Assembly: GCA_051294375.1 (NCBI GenBank)
Contig: CM119270.1
Span: 16,338,573 to 16,402,572, forward strand
Direction: 5' to 3'
Origin: Paraspadella gotoi
Taxonomy: Eukaryota > Animalia > Chaetognatha
Length of the DNA stretch: 64,000 nt
Shown one piece after another: positions 11,119 through 24,776 of this stretch. A model generated the notes under the pieces. It was not told the origin of the DNA and searched no databases. It worked only from the letters and a program-made list of their open reading frames with translations. Numbering within the stretch: position 1 is the stretch's first letter; each line of letters begins with the position of its first letter. The translations under genes were made by a program, and so were the position numbers.

Positions 11119-14100
11119 TCACCGCCGCTTCAGCCGCATCCGCAGCGAGAGGATAGTGATTCCGAAGATGTGAAAGATCGAAGCCAAAGCGACGAGGATG
11201 AGATAGTCACGCGTCTTGTCGTCGATGAAGGAAAAGATTTCCAAAACTTGACGTCCGGTAGAATAATTGTCGCAAGAGGGCGCTGGCGGCGGCTTGCAGT
11301 AATCGAGGATCTCGTTCCTTACCTTTGAGAAGGTAGAGTGGGTAAGGTCGGGGAGAAGAAGGGACGATTGAAAAGGGATCTCGGTGGTAGAGAGTTCGGG
11401 TGAGGTTTAAGTTCGAGTCATGCAAACTTTGAGAAATGTTCACGAAGAATGTCGCTATAGAAATTTGAGAGAAAAAATGTTTTTTTTCCGAAAAGGCCGT
11501 CAACTATATACACTACGCACACTACGCACTACGCACAGTACACTACAGTACACTACGCACAGTACACTACAGAACACTACGCACAGTACACTACGCACAG
11601 TATACTCCTGATTACATTAGGGGGAGACTAACTCAGAAAGGTGGTTACGAAATTTGAATTAAGCACCTGCTCAAACGAAAATTTGAACATTTTTTTAAAA
11701 AAATTGAATAGACAAAAAAAATTTAATATTACTCTATACCCAATATTTTATTTTTTTAATATTTATTTATAAATAAGAAAGACTAAATTTTTTTTTACCC
11801 TGAAAGTTGACTTGAAGACTAAAGTTCTGAACGCCCCCCCCCGTCTCTATTGCAATTCAATTCATAGAGATTTATATGACGTTCAATGTTATCCCTCAAA
11901 TATCGCTCACAACCACAGTCGACCAAAAACAACGACGAGAGCGTTCGCGACGACAGAAAACGACGACGCCGCCAATTACCTCGTCGACGAGATACTTTCG
12001 TTTGAGCAGCGCCCGCTTCATGTCGACCAAACTGTGGCTGTTGTTAACAAAGTGAGGAATACATTGCGGCGCCATGTTTTTGTAGAGAGCGACGGTCAAC
12101 AATTCCATCAGGTAGTAAACGGGGTTGATGTACATGAAGACGATGAAGACGCCGGGGATCTGACTCCTGATGGGGAAATTAGAGAAGGTTTGATGGTGTG
12201 AGCTCTGCAGTGATTGAAAGATATGGATTATAGAATATAGTAAATTTGGTCAAAACAGTTGAAGATTTTATTTTTAATTAATCATTTTTGTTTATTTACA
12301 TATAATCCTTTTAAATATTTTTTTAGACGTAAGCTTGTTTATTAATTTATTTTTTTATTTTTTTATTTGTTCATTTTTTCATTTGTTCATTAGTTACTTG
12401 GGAATGAATACGCTGGAGAAAAGTGCGCAGATCGTGAAGAAAGGACCAGAAAATGAAGAAGCGACTTGGAAGCTGAAGTCGTTATGAATTCGAAGCGATG
12501 GCGACGGAAATGAAAGGGTTAAAAATCTCACCTTTTAGACATTTTGATATTTCCATAAATGACTTCATAACAAAAACGATGTTTAATTTCTTATTAGAAA
12601 TCGAGGGAAGAAAATATTTTTTAACATCGTGTTGTACGTTAAGGATAGATTTTCCCTCTATTACCAGAAGACGACTCTAACATTCATGTTCCCATTATAA
12701 AACTAATAAATGAAGTCAACTATATATATATAGAACCAAATTCCGAAGCTCGATCCCAAACCTTTTTTCATAATATTTTTATATTTTTGTAGAGAATACT
12801 GGAATAATGTAAATCTTAAGTTACATCTAAATTGGCCCATGGGTTTAGAATAAATTCGACCAAAACAAACTAAAATTCCTCTCCCGTTTTTTTCAAACAT
12901 TCTCGCCTTTTTAAGATTTTCGCCGATTCTGACTTCCTCTTACAAAACTTATAATTCCGCTAGTTAATTTTTTTTTCCTTTAATGAGCGAAGGGATCCAC
13001 AACTTTCTAATCTTTTATAATGTCTAGGTAAAAAAATTATAATACATTACATTAACATTGGGGATATTGTGAAAGTGTAATGTCTTGTGAAGCCTGTGAA
13101 AGTTGAGTAATTAAAAAAATTGCCTATTTTATTATTAAAAAACTGACATTAAAGTAAGGAAGTTGAACATCTACTGGCTCCTTTCAGTAAACGTCCCTGT
13201 TCTCTAAAATAAGAGATAATGTTTTACTTTTTGCTGGTGGAAAAGAAAGATAAATCTTAGACTGTCTCATGGGGTGAATAATATTTTGTAGAATTTTTTG
13301 TAAGCATGCTTGTAAAATCAGACAAGCAATTATTTAAGTGACAAACAATTTACATTTTCTTTATCGCAAAAAACTTTTAAGTTTTACTTAGAGTACAATT
13401 TAGCTTTTTTTCTTGAGAATCATTAAAAAGAATTTAATTTTTATTTTATTCTTATGGGGTGTCATTAGTTTTAAAATTAATTTATAATTTTGACTTAGTT
13501 TGACACTCACCCTGTAAAGAGATTTCAGCAAAAAATAATTTTCTAAAATTGTATCTTGAATGTGCCCTATGATTATGCTTCATTTTTGTACTATTGCCAA
13601 CCATTTATCTTTGTTTCCTTCAAAAGATATAGGAAAAATAAGTTTTTTCTCTTAACCTTCCTTTTAATTTCTTTTTTAAATAAAAAATTTCGCCGATGAA
13701 AACTGGACCAATTCACTTTACCATGTTGGTTTAATATGAAAAAATTGGTCAATAATAAAAAGAAAAATAGAACCGAGTCTTAGGGGACACAAGGCTTTTG
13801 GATCTCATATTCGAGTACCATTTATAAAGCTAACATAACCCTAATCCTGTTTGTAATTTTTAAAAAAGGTGAAATTTCCTCTTTGCATTTCTATAGTAAA
13901 AATGAGTTTTGAAAATCCTCCGAGAGATGAGTAGTTCATTTCCCCTGGCTTGTTTGATATTAAAATCTTTATCAAATGCCACAAGAAGAAGAGGAACGAG
14001 CTCTTTGAGATGCAAAGCTGTCGGAATCGGGTGTTTTTTACAACTGTTTTCTACCAGACCACGAAGCCTGAATCCCAAAACTTATCACAAAACTTCCGGT

Positions 14101-17100
14101 TTTTAATCACTGACCAACAGGCGACAAACAATAACAATCGAGAGATCCGCCCTCCCTTCTTCAACGCTGCTGGTCATGCTGGAGAAGAAGAGACCGACTA
14201 GCGATCGCCGACGAGGCGCGCCCAGAACGATGGATGATGATCACGGATGCGTACATGGACCCCAATTTAACCGGAGGCGTCGAAGAGGCTCAACAGAAGA
14301 CGATTGTCCGACGGAGAGAATCGTCGCCATTACCGTCGTCAAGGTAAAAGATTATTTTCGCAGCTAAGGGTCATGATTTCTAAACCATTCCTATTTGTGT
14401 GCAAGCAGATTAATTTGCGATTATCTCAATTGAATTGAGTTCCTAAATTCTCATTTGCATATTGTACGTATTTTTCATTAAGCTTTGATAAATTTTTGTT
14501 CTATTGCCTATGCTCCTGTTATATTTATATTTTTCATTACACAATTACACGTCCAATCTCTTTAAAGTCTGAATAAACCCTACTCAGGCTCAATCGTATG
14601 GTTTATAATGATATTTAAAATATAATAAAATATTGAAAACACCATCTGGTATGTTTTTTTTTAAATATATAATTTTTTAAAAAATTTAAATTTTGAATGT
14701 TTGAAAGTTTGAATGTCTGAATTTTGAATTATTTTTGAACGTTTTATTAATGTTGCTTCATTTTTATACTTGATGTTTTTTTGTTTTAAAAATTTGAATT
14801 TTGAACGTTCTTGAACGTTATATTTTATAGTATCTTATGAATTAGTTCATGACATTAAAAAAAATTCTTGAATTGAATAATTTTTGAACCTTTTATTAAC
14901 GTTGCTTCTTTTTTATACTTGATGTTTTTTTTTGTTTAAAAAATTTGAATTATGAACGTTCTTGAACGTAATATTTTATAGTTTCTTATGAATTAGTTCA
15001 TAACATTTTATTCTTGAGTCCATTTAAATGTTAGTGTCTTTTGTTTTAGTTGAATTTAAATAGTTTAGTTTTTACTTGTTTACTGTTTTCTAGTCTTTTA
15101 CACTGATACTGTTACTGATTTTGTCAAAACTGTTTTTGGTATTAATAAAGAAAAAAAAATTGAAATATTGAATAATAAAATATTGAAAACACTATCCGGT
15201 ATGTTTTTTTAAATATATAATTTTTAAATATATAATTTTTAATATTTTTAAAATTTTTAAATATATAATTTTTTTAAATATATAATTTTTTAAATATATA
15301 ATTATTATTTATAAAAAAATCATTAAGACAAGGAAATAGCTAAGGGACAGACAGACCGACCAAAATAAGTGTCTTATCAAGTCGCGCGGCCGGAGGCAAC
15401 TTTAACGGGCAGCAGCGATAAAAACCTCGATGGTGAAAAAGATGGCGACGTTGAGGTAATAAGTCGGCATGGAATATAAACCGCTGAGATAATCTCGTTG
15501 AACGACTTGGATGTCGTTGGGGATAGCGATGATCAGCAAGTTCATGGAGCTGAAAAAAAAAAAAGCAGAGGGAGATATAAAAGGAAAAAAGGCAAAAAAG
15601 GATAGGAACAGGCTGGGGAAAGATGGAGAAGGGCGTGTTGAAGACAGAAAAGGAAGAGATTGTATGTACAATTGTACAATGAAAAATGTACGATGTAAAA
15701 TGTATAATGTATGATTGTACATACATATAAATTAGATTAGTATTGGCTCGGTGTTTGATTGATAGATAAAATGGACGATGGACTGTTTATTTTATTAAAT
15801 TTGTGGATAGGGCGCTATGTGTGCTGAAGATGAATTTCCAAACTTCTTCAACCCTCTAAAACGGGTCCTGGGCTTTGAAACAGGCTTGGAGCATCGCGAC
15901 TTACGGCAGTCCTCACGCTTTCCGTATGGCGCAGGGTAAGAACATTTTGAGATCGATTCCGGTACCTAAATGGCTCTTCTCAACGAGCCACTGGGTCACA
16001 GCTAACGACATGCTTAATGGGAGGGAAGAACTTGTTACAATTGCCGGATAGAATACATATTGATTTATTTATTAATCGATCGACTGATTCGCGCTCACAT
16101 GGCAACGCTCAAAAGAGCAATGTAGAACAAGACCCCGATGGCGTTTCGCTGAGACGACGACGATTTGAAATTGATGCGAAAGAAGAGACAACCGACTAGG
16201 ATGGCGACGACGAGCACGGTGACGAAGCGGACGAAGAAAGCGGAAGGGAAGCGGAACATGTTCTTCATTTGACGGCAGTAGAGGAGTTGGCACTAGAGGG
16301 AGGGAGGGAAGTAAATCGGGGGGAAAATTGCATGTGAGAGAGAGTTATAAAAAATGTCAAAATTACTTGTTTTAACTATGAAATTGGCACAACCGATATA
16401 ATAATATAAACATTGTGTGAATTCCTTTCGCTTTCGTTGCGTTTGATTCGAATTAAGGAAAGAAAAATGTTTTGTTTTAGTAACAACAAAGTTTTATTTA
16501 CAATGATAGTAAATATCGGACATGTTTCGACTCCTAACTCGACCATTCATCAGCGCAAATTAAAAATAAAATGGATACATGGCTTGAAAGAAGAAGAAGA
16601 AGAGAGAGAAAGAGGGAGAAACTTTGCCGTTGCTAAAACAAACAATATTTCTTTCCTTAATAATATTGAGGCGACTTACCACAGGTCTCTCTCTCTAAAC
16701 CCTAAGTCGCCTCAATATAAACAATTCTGGCGATTCGAGTTAACTCTTTGTGACGAGGGTCTCCAAACAATAATAAATAAGCTATCTTGCCCAAGACTTT
16801 GGACAAGCTATGGTGGTTTAAGGCCTCCATCACTTTTACAAGATACATAGCAGGACCCTGCAATGCAGGGCCTGCTTGCTTTCAACTTTCATATTAAATG
16901 TAATGTAATGAAATTGGTACAAACAATATAAAAATTATCAATTCATTTAATAAATAAGCTATCTTGCTCCTGACTTTGGACAGACTTTGGTGGTTTAAGG
17001 CCTCCATCACTCTTACAATGACATAGCAGGTCCATGCAAGCTTTCAATAATGTAAGTAATGTATGTAGTCGGGCAATGTAATGTAATGCTAGTTTTCATT

Positions 17101-19990
17101 TTCGGAAATAGAACACCTGCAAAAAGAAGTGCTTGGTGGATCCCCCGCATCCGAGCTTGTCTTTCTCCGCTTCAGCAATGAATTCGGATGTCAACGGTTG
17201 CGCCGTCACTTGGTCGATCTCATCGCGGATTAGCTTGGCCTCGTCGCTCGCGGCAAAGATCTTCGCCACAGACTCGATCTTTTGAAGGCTTTCTTCCTGT
17301 CGACCCGGCACCATGGAGAGAGTCCAGATGTAGTGGTCAGAAGGGTTAAAGTTGACGGGGCAGGGGTGACCGGCCGAAGCGAATATCTAGTTGCGAGACA
17401 AAAGAGTTGGTGAGGTCATTCATTTTGAAGCGTGAGAAATGTGATTATTAAATGTTTACGTTGATTAGCTATCATACACATCATATCATTTATTGTCGGG
17501 TGTGGCGGTATATTCACACCGCGCCAGGGACTAGAGGGTCGGAATCCCCCAAAGCCAACAGTGAGATGCCCCATCCCAATGGGCATCACAGGCAACCCGG
17601 CTGTTGCCATACGGGATTGATTTCGTTAGGAATCACCGGTGGGCGATGTCAATAAGCCCTGACCCTATTTTATATTAATTAGTTTTTTCACGTTTATTGA
17701 TTCAAATATCGCTCCAACATAATCATTACGTCAATTATGTCAATTGTCATTTTATCAATTATGATAATGAATATCAATTGCGAGTCAACCTTTGCGCAAT
17801 CCGACGATTTCCCGATGAAGACGCACTCTCCGTTGCAAAGGAGACAGATGTCGTTGAAGAGCTCGAAAATCTCCGATGAGGGTTGATGGATGGTGCAGAG
17901 GATCGTCCGACCACGACTCGCGTATTTCTGTTTCGTTTTTTAACGAGAAAAGGATTAGAGAAAGATAATGGAGACAGATGTCGTTGAAGCGCTCAAAAAT
18001 CTCCGATGAGGGTTGATGGATGGTGCAGAGGATCGTCTGACCACGACTCGCGTATTTCTGTTTCGTTTTTGAATGAGAAAAGGATTAGAGAAAGATAATG
18101 AAGACAGATGTCGTTGAAGAGCTCGAAAATCTCCGATGAGGGTTGATGGATGGTGCGGAGGATCGTCCGACCACCACTCGCGTATTTCTGTTTCGTTTTT
18201 TAACCAGAAAAGGATTAGAGAAAGATAATGGAATGGTGGTAAGCGTTGTGGATGCAAGTTGGCTCGTCACAATCATTCGTTACATTTTAGTATCGCCCGG
18301 GATTGCCTGGAATGCCGTCATGCCTGGGAATTTCACCGGTTTTAATTTAGAATGGACAGTTGGGATTGTGCATTAGCTTGGGCATTAGCCTTACTAAGGC
18401 CCTTAGAATTACCGATTGTGCATCAACGACTTAATTCTTTGTGACGAGAGTTGTTTCCAAAAGCCCGCATTAGTTTTTCCGACTTATTTGACTAAAGTCG
18501 ATTGTGAGTCGGCTATACGATTCCGACGCACCATTTACTTCAATCAGGCTTTTTTTTTATTATCGACCCAAGAATCAACATTATCTTTGGGAACATTTTG
18601 CAGAAATACTTATTAGGAGTTTATGTCCTTAAGAAAAAGGGTCATTCAATTCAACTTCTAAATAGGCTAAAATGGTGAGCTCCTGGCGATTCCGAAAATG
18701 TATTCACTTTAAGCATTTGATGCATTCTACCCCATTTCATATCGGTTTTAATTATAATATAAAATAAAAGAAACCTATCTGAAGAGTTGCAGGTCAAACG
18801 AAAAGGCCAATTCATCTGATATTTTTTATGAATTTTTTATTACTGAATTAGAAAAATGTAATAGAGAGACATTTTTAAATTTCAACTTGTATCCTTGAAA
18901 ATGAAACGTTTTTAAACTTTAACCCTGAATTCTTTCTAACTGGAACGCGTTTATCAAAATGTCTCTCTATTACATTTTTACAAATGTTTTTAAGATTGCT
19001 AATCAAATTTTTAATTCAATATTATTGCAGTCGTTTAGGCTGCAACTCTTCAAATTCAGTGTAGATTCATTGTAGCTCGAATTTCTTTACCATCTATTTA
19101 ACTGAAGATTTTGTTCAGGACTGGAAAACCAACAGAGTAACTAGATTAATTGTTTAATTCTCCCCTTCTAAACTATCCCATACCGTGTTTTAACTTCTTA
19201 CCTAGAATTTTTTAACAACCAGATTGAAAAACAAATCTTTAAAAAATGTGCTTACCCATTTAACTTAACAATTTTGTTATTTACCCATTTAAAAAAAATG
19301 ATTGAAAACAGAATGTTTACATATAAATAAGAACTTATTTTTTTGTGATTACTGATGACTATAATGTTTTTCTCGATATATTAGCTCTAACACATCAATG
19401 AATACGTATTGTTATGCTGAATGACCTTTCCTCTTAATATAAGATCTCGTTCTAATGGCAATAAAAACGTCGATCTTTGTTTCCTCGTCTTAATCCTTAT
19501 CCTCTCTTTCTGTAATCCTCATTCTCTCCACTCTACTCTAATCCTCCCCGTTCTAATCCTTATCCTCTTCACTCTACTCTAATCCTCCCTATTCTAATCC
19601 TCATCCTCTTCACTCTACTCTAATCCTCCCCAACCTAACCCTCATCCTCTCCACTCTACTCTAATCCTCCCCATCCTAATCCTCATCCTCTCCACTCTAC
19701 TCTAATCCTTCCCGTTCTAATCCTCATCCTCTCCGCTCTACTCTAATCCTCCCCGTCCTAATCCTGATCCTCACCTCCAGCTGCAGCATGAGATTCCGCG
19801 CCATGAAGGAGTCCAATCCCGAGGTGGGTTCGTCGCAAAAGATGAGGACGGAATGGTTGATGACTTCCGTGGCGAAGGAGAGCCGCTTCCGCTCGCCGCC
19901 CGAGATGCCCTTCATCCGGTCGGTTATGCCGATCAAGGTGTGCTCGCACTTGTTGAGGCCCATGTCGTCGATGATGTGATCGATGTAATT
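11119..19990 (-). CDS. ABCG (white/scarlet-like) half transporter, paralogue B, exons 4-12
   Basis: Exons about 19990-19775 (GISGGERKRLSFATE...[12 protein letters not shown]), 17927-17790 ([16 protein letters not shown]), 17386-17117 (PCPVNFNPSDHY), 16292-16099, 15549-15426, about 14330-14167 (indel-noisy), 12472-12398, 12166-11980 and 11322-11119 (stop TGA). NBD-then-TMD order; intron positions match paralogue A. Confidence 0.9.
11510..11602. repeat. cactacgcacagta minisatellite
   Basis: Tandem cactacg/cactacag units. Confidence 0.8.
15345..15404 (+). mobile_element. HINE-like terminal fragment
   Basis: gacagacagaccgacc...aagtgtcttatcaagtcgcg...gcaacttt; related to the reverse complement of 47995-48080. 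Confidence 0.45.
16777..17085 (+). mobile_element. Two tandem copies of a dispersed SINE/LINE-tail-like repeat
   Basis: Shared ataagctatcttgc...ggtggtttaaggcctccatcac...acatagcagg ending in (aatgt)n tails. Reverse copies at 53692-53833 and 33938-34009; the head motif atgaaattggtacaa also occurs near 4433, 41255 and 53434. Confidence 0.7.
17501..17611 (+). mobile_element. Short structured element, family 1 (internally deleted copy), 4-bp TSD CGGG
   Basis: cggg|TGTGGCGG...GTTGCCATA|cggg; near-identical to both ends of 29321-29575 in opposite orientation. Confidence 0.8.
17841..18230 (-). repeat. Three tandem 130-bp units, each containing the 3' splice site and first about 87 nt of an ABCG-B exon
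   Basis: Units start at 17841, 17971 and 18101; acceptors aaacgaaacag|aaatacg at 17927, 18057 and 18187. Confidence 0.95.
18780..19052. mobile_element. MITE-like fold-back element, possibly nested in an older one (about 18612-19456)
   Basis: tgaagagttgcag...aaacga / tcgttt...ctgcaactcttca terminal inverted repeats, plus internal aaaaatgtaatagagagacatttt / aaaatgtctctctattacattttt. Confidence 0.6.
19490..19774. repeat. About 41-bp minisatellite starting at the ABCG-B donor site
   Basis: Tandem ctcatcctctccactctactctaatcctccccgttctaatc units abutting the exon end at 19775. Confidence 0.85.
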
Positions 19991-20152
19991 CATCAATCGA
20001 GGCTGGTGTTAATGCGCGCTAACTCTCTCTCATCTCTCTCTTTCTCTCTCTTCTCTCTCTCTCTCTCCTCATCTACTCTCTATCCTCTCTCTCTCTTTCC
20101 ATCATTTGATAAAAAATCAATTCTTATTATACTTTCTTTCATATTTTCTTAA

Positions 20153-20746
20153 TGAATACCGGCTAAGCGTTACAACTCTGTCTATCAGTCGTCCTCTCTC
20201 TTCTAACTCGTCCATTCTCTAAGTCATTAACAATCGTCAACGACCAAAAGCACAAAACCGGCTCATTTGAGATTCTGAAAAGCCTTACAATTTCAAATAT
20301 AATTCTTGAATATCGTCAATTCAGAGGATCGAGCGCATCTTCATCCCGGGAAAATCATCCTGATTGTCGCTCCGTTCCGCAAGACCTCTCACTTCGCCAC
20401 CCCTTACCTTTCTGAACATGCGGGATCCGAGTCAAAAGTGAATCCGCAGGGGTCGGGCGCGAGGCGCGCTTCGGGCGGGCTTTTATCTTTAATATTACTG
20501 TAAAATAGATTCAAATCATTTTGATAAATATTTGTAATAAAGGTTTGTCGAAATAAATTTAATTGGCCGCATCAGTAGCGAGGTCGCCTTTAACCGAGTC
20601 CATTCGTTTTCAAGCACGTCCGCATCAACGGCCACGTATGACGCGTAAAGGATGGCGGTCTCCGCTTTCGTCCCACAAAATGACGTCTTTTTCGGACGCT
20701 GACCGTGAGGGAGCATCTCTACTTTCACGCTACCCTGCCGTATAAG
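20153..20746 (+). pseudogene. 5' exons (1-3) of ABCG paralogue B, inverted onto the plus strand and indel-damaged
   Basis: About 20325-20437 reads ...IPGK...(G)KTS...TLTFLNMR (Walker A exon). About 20615-20746 reads HVRINGH...SAFVPQNDVFFG(T)LTVREHLYFHATL, matching paralogue A exons 31864-31743 and 31397-31258. Confidence 0.8.
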
Positions 20747-22617
20747 GTCTTCCTTCCGGAACAAAACCCGGGATGTTTTATCACGTGATGAAATGTGATA
20801 CGCTATTAGGAAACGATTACTTTTTGGGGTGGTTGGGCTAAAATATATTAGAGAACTTGTAGCAAATCCTACTATCAACTTTTAATATTTTTATATTTCA
20901 AACGTAACTTACCAAGACTTGTGAGAACGATTTAGTTTATAATCAGGACTAAGCTCTGACGAACAAACCAGAGGTTTTTTAATATTATTCTTATACCGCC
21001 AAGGTAGAATGATGAAATATNNNNNNNNNNNNNNNNNNNNNNNNNNNNNNNNNNNNNNNNNNNNNNNNNNNNNNNNNNNNNNNNNNNNNNNNNNNNNNNN
21101 NNNNNNNNNNNNNNNNNNNNNNNNNNNNNNNNNNNNNNNNNNNNNNNNNNNNNNNNNNNNNNNNNNNNNNNNNNNNNNNNNNNNNNNNNNNNNNNNNNNN
21201 NNNNNNNNNNNNNNNNNNNNNNNNNNNNNNNNNNNNNNNNNNNNNNNNNNNNNNNNNNNNNNNNNNNNNNNNNNNNNNNNNNNNNNNNNNNNNNNNNNNN
21301 NNNNNNNNNNNNNNNNNNNNNNNNNNNNNNNNNNNNNNNNNNNNNNNNNNNNNNNNNNNNNNNNNNNNNNNNNNNNNNNNNNNNNNNNNNNNNNNNNNNN
21401 NNNNNNNNNNNNNNNNNNNNNNNNNNNNNNNNNNNNNNNNNNNNNNNNNNNNNNNNNNNNNNNNNNNNNNNNNNNNNNNNNNNNNNNNNNNNNNNNNNNN
21501 NNNNNNNNNNNNNNNNNNNNNNNNNNNNNNNNNNNNNNNNNNNNNNNNNNNNNNNNNNNNNNNNNNNNNNNNNNNNNNNNNNNNNNNNNNNNNNNNNNNN
21601 NNNNNGCGCGCAATTAACCCAAGCCTCACTTGAGAATTCTCGCTTCTGCTCGTTTTTTTCCACAACGTCCTTTCTCCGGCGAAGTTACTTCGATTCCGGA
21701 CCAAGAAAGGGTCATCCGCCGATTTTCCGAAATGTCATCTGACTCCGCCGAACGCCGCGGTTTCTTCTGGTTGACGTTTTGACGCTAATTCACGAAATAT
21801 ATATTTTTTTTTTGGGGGGGGGAATGACTTTTCTTTAACATGTTGCATGGTCATGAAATAAATAACTAATAAAAGAATTAAATAAGCTTAATGCTTACCG
21901 TGTTGTCTCAGACTCTCACCTCGAAGTCATTAGAGAAAAAAACGTCCATCATGGTTCAATAACTTCAGTAGATTTACAGATTCTACAGATTTTTTTAAAA
22001 AATTTGATTCGATTGTAAAACGTAGCGGTAAAGCTTTAAAATAGTCGAATTTTTTCTTTTAAAAAAATTTACTGGTTATATTAACACCATGAATAATAGT
22101 AATAATAATATAATGAAAATAATAAATAAATAATAAAAATAATAATAATAATTGAATATTGAAATAAATTTTGTAAAATTAACACTTATCACTAAGATGG
22201 CTGTGAGAGAACCAACGTGGAATGTTTCTATTAAGTCAAATTTGAATATGTTATTGAATTTGAATATTTTTTAAACTATACTATGGTATATACTATGAAG
22301 CATACTGCGGTATCGACGTAAAAAATTTTTAAAAAAATATAGTACGAACAGATTATCTATGTATTTAATGTAATATACAATTAGAAAAGTTTTGTTGATG
22401 TCTGATGTCAATGGTGCACTCGTCTTTTACTACGGAATTATAGAGTAATTTCATCCACGTTTAATCATTGTTTATTGATGATGCAATCGCGGTGCAATAC
22501 CGCCAATCTCCACGTTTTCTCTCTGCCACCAGATGAGATTCATCACCTCCCGTAACCTTCCATTTTTTTTGCCACTCGCCATCTCGTCTGCCGTCTCCCC
22601 AAGCCAGAATTGCCGTC

Positions 22618-24745
22618 TCACCGAGTCTTTTGCCACATTCTCAGGGTAAGTATGAGGAAGCCGAGGATGTGAAATCCGAGACACAAACCGAAGAGACAAA
22701 TATAGTCACGAAAATTCTGATTCTCGAATCCATAAAAATCCAAGTTGTCTTGACCAGATCGGGTGTTGGTGCAGGTATTCTCGGGAGGATTGCAGAAGTT
22801 TAACACAGCTGATATGAGCTAGGGTTTAAAACAATTTCACTTTAAAATCGGTTATCTTATGGTGGACATAAAATAACCACCGGTGTATATAGCAGGCATT
22901 GGTGTCGAGCAGTTCCATTCGCCTCCCCAACCCAAAGGTCCGGGATCTTGCCCGGTTGAACGGCTTAGCAGTTAGGGACGGGGGCGACTTAACCGCTGTA
23001 ACACGATGTTAAGCCTGATCCGAAAGCTCAGGGATACTTTTTTGAACGGTTCTTGTCACTAACATAACAAGATTAATTATGCTTTCTTATCTCTCACGCC
23101 GCTTTCTCCTTTCGGTCGTCTTGAAAAACTCGTTTCAGTTTTCAAAAAGGTTGGCGTATGTCGTTCCTTACGAGGGCCTGTATGACACGGGAGGGCATTC
23201 CGTCGGTAAACAGGCACTCATGAGCTCCCACTGGTTGAAACAGGGTCTAGATAAATATGTAAAGAGAGGCCATCCGGAGATTTGAACCCGAGAAGTGTGA
23301 AAGGGATTTTGGCTCGAGGCGATAAAGCATGATGATTAAAAAGAAAATAATACATAATGATATTCGTAATTACAAATCATAAGGAAGCGAAACTTTTGAT
23401 ACACAATGCAAGATAAGATGATTGAGTTCATCAATCTCATTGCTATTGTCGTATTGACATGAACTTGTATAAATTCTGTTACCTGTGTCATTAATGTCTT
23501 ATTTCACGAATCATTTTGTATTAGTTCTGTAAGCTATATGATCGTAGTTAATTTGTATATTAAAGAGAGTTTGGGACATTTATTAATAATAATTATCAAT
23601 TAAAACTAACTTATAAATTCTCTATTTGGAAGCCCACTCTTAGGTATCTAATTATAGATTAAAGTTAGGATGATTTACTAATGCTTTGACTTGAACAGAG
23701 TGGCTTCAATAGTATGGCCAGTCCATCCTCTTGGTCTTATTCTTAAACTTTATGAGGTTGGAATTAGATTGATAGCATGTATTATTAATTAAAGGACTCT
23801 TTCTTCTCCACCATAGGGTAGTTATGCTTATGGATTACTTCCTATGACTAGCTATATGCTTCAATTCTATCTACTAGAACAAAAGCAAGTTAGACATTCT
23901 ATTTACAAGTAAGCTTAATTGGATATGTTTATTGGAAATACTAAATTAGACGCTAGTTTACTGTTATTTTAGGACCAAATAGCTCGCTTACACAAACATG
24001 TGATATAATTATACATGTATTAAGTAAGTACATTTATATTCTTTTTTTAAAAAGATAAACAAACCTCGAGATGAATGTGCCAGAGAAAAGGGAGAAGATG
24101 GAGAGAAGAGGATTAACGATCGTCGTCGATGCTTCAAAACTGACGGAAAATGGGAAAGGCATTATATGTATGTATTTGTTGATATAATTAGCTGTAACAT
24201 ATTGAAGTTTACGCATTGTCAAGGTGAATTAACCTTCCTCTTAAGCAGGGATGTGGAGCCGGAGCCGGAGCCGGAGCTGGAGCCGCCGGAGCCGAGCTTT
24301 TTTTGCCGGAGCCGGAATTTTTATCTGGCCGGAGCCGGAGCTGGAGCGGAGCCAAAAAAAATTTTTGACCGGAGCCGGAGCTGGAGCCGAGCCGAAATAA
24401 AAATGCCCGGCTCCAGCTCCATAAAAATAAAAATAAGATTATAATTATCAAATTAAAAAAATATTTAAAAAAATATAATATTGATTTTTATAATTAATGA
24501 AAATTTTCAACTTCTTGTTTTACTATTTTCTATTTTTCTTTTTTCTATTTTTATAATTTATATAATATCATATATTTATTATATATAAGATTAGGTAAAT
24601 AATAATAATTCTTTATTTTTAATCTATTAAATTTATTATAAAATACTTTCAATTTTTTATGAAGTAAAATTTATCCCTGAATATGCTTTGGCTTACTTAA
24701 TACAGCAGGCTGATTAAAGGCAAAGCTTTTCAATAATATATTTTA

Positions 24746-24776
<31 letters not shown>

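Noticed and set aside
14167-14330. Frameshifts in ABCG-B, ABCG-A (23097-23290) and SERCA (44032-44075) as pseudogenisation or RNA editing
   Set aside because: They are clustered indels typical of unpolished long reads; flanking exons are intact and SERCA is essential.
17841-18230. CRISPR-like or spacer array interpretation of regular repeats (also 40955-41056 and 19490-19774)
   Set aside because: The units are contiguous with no unique spacers, the context is eukaryotic and there are no cas genes.
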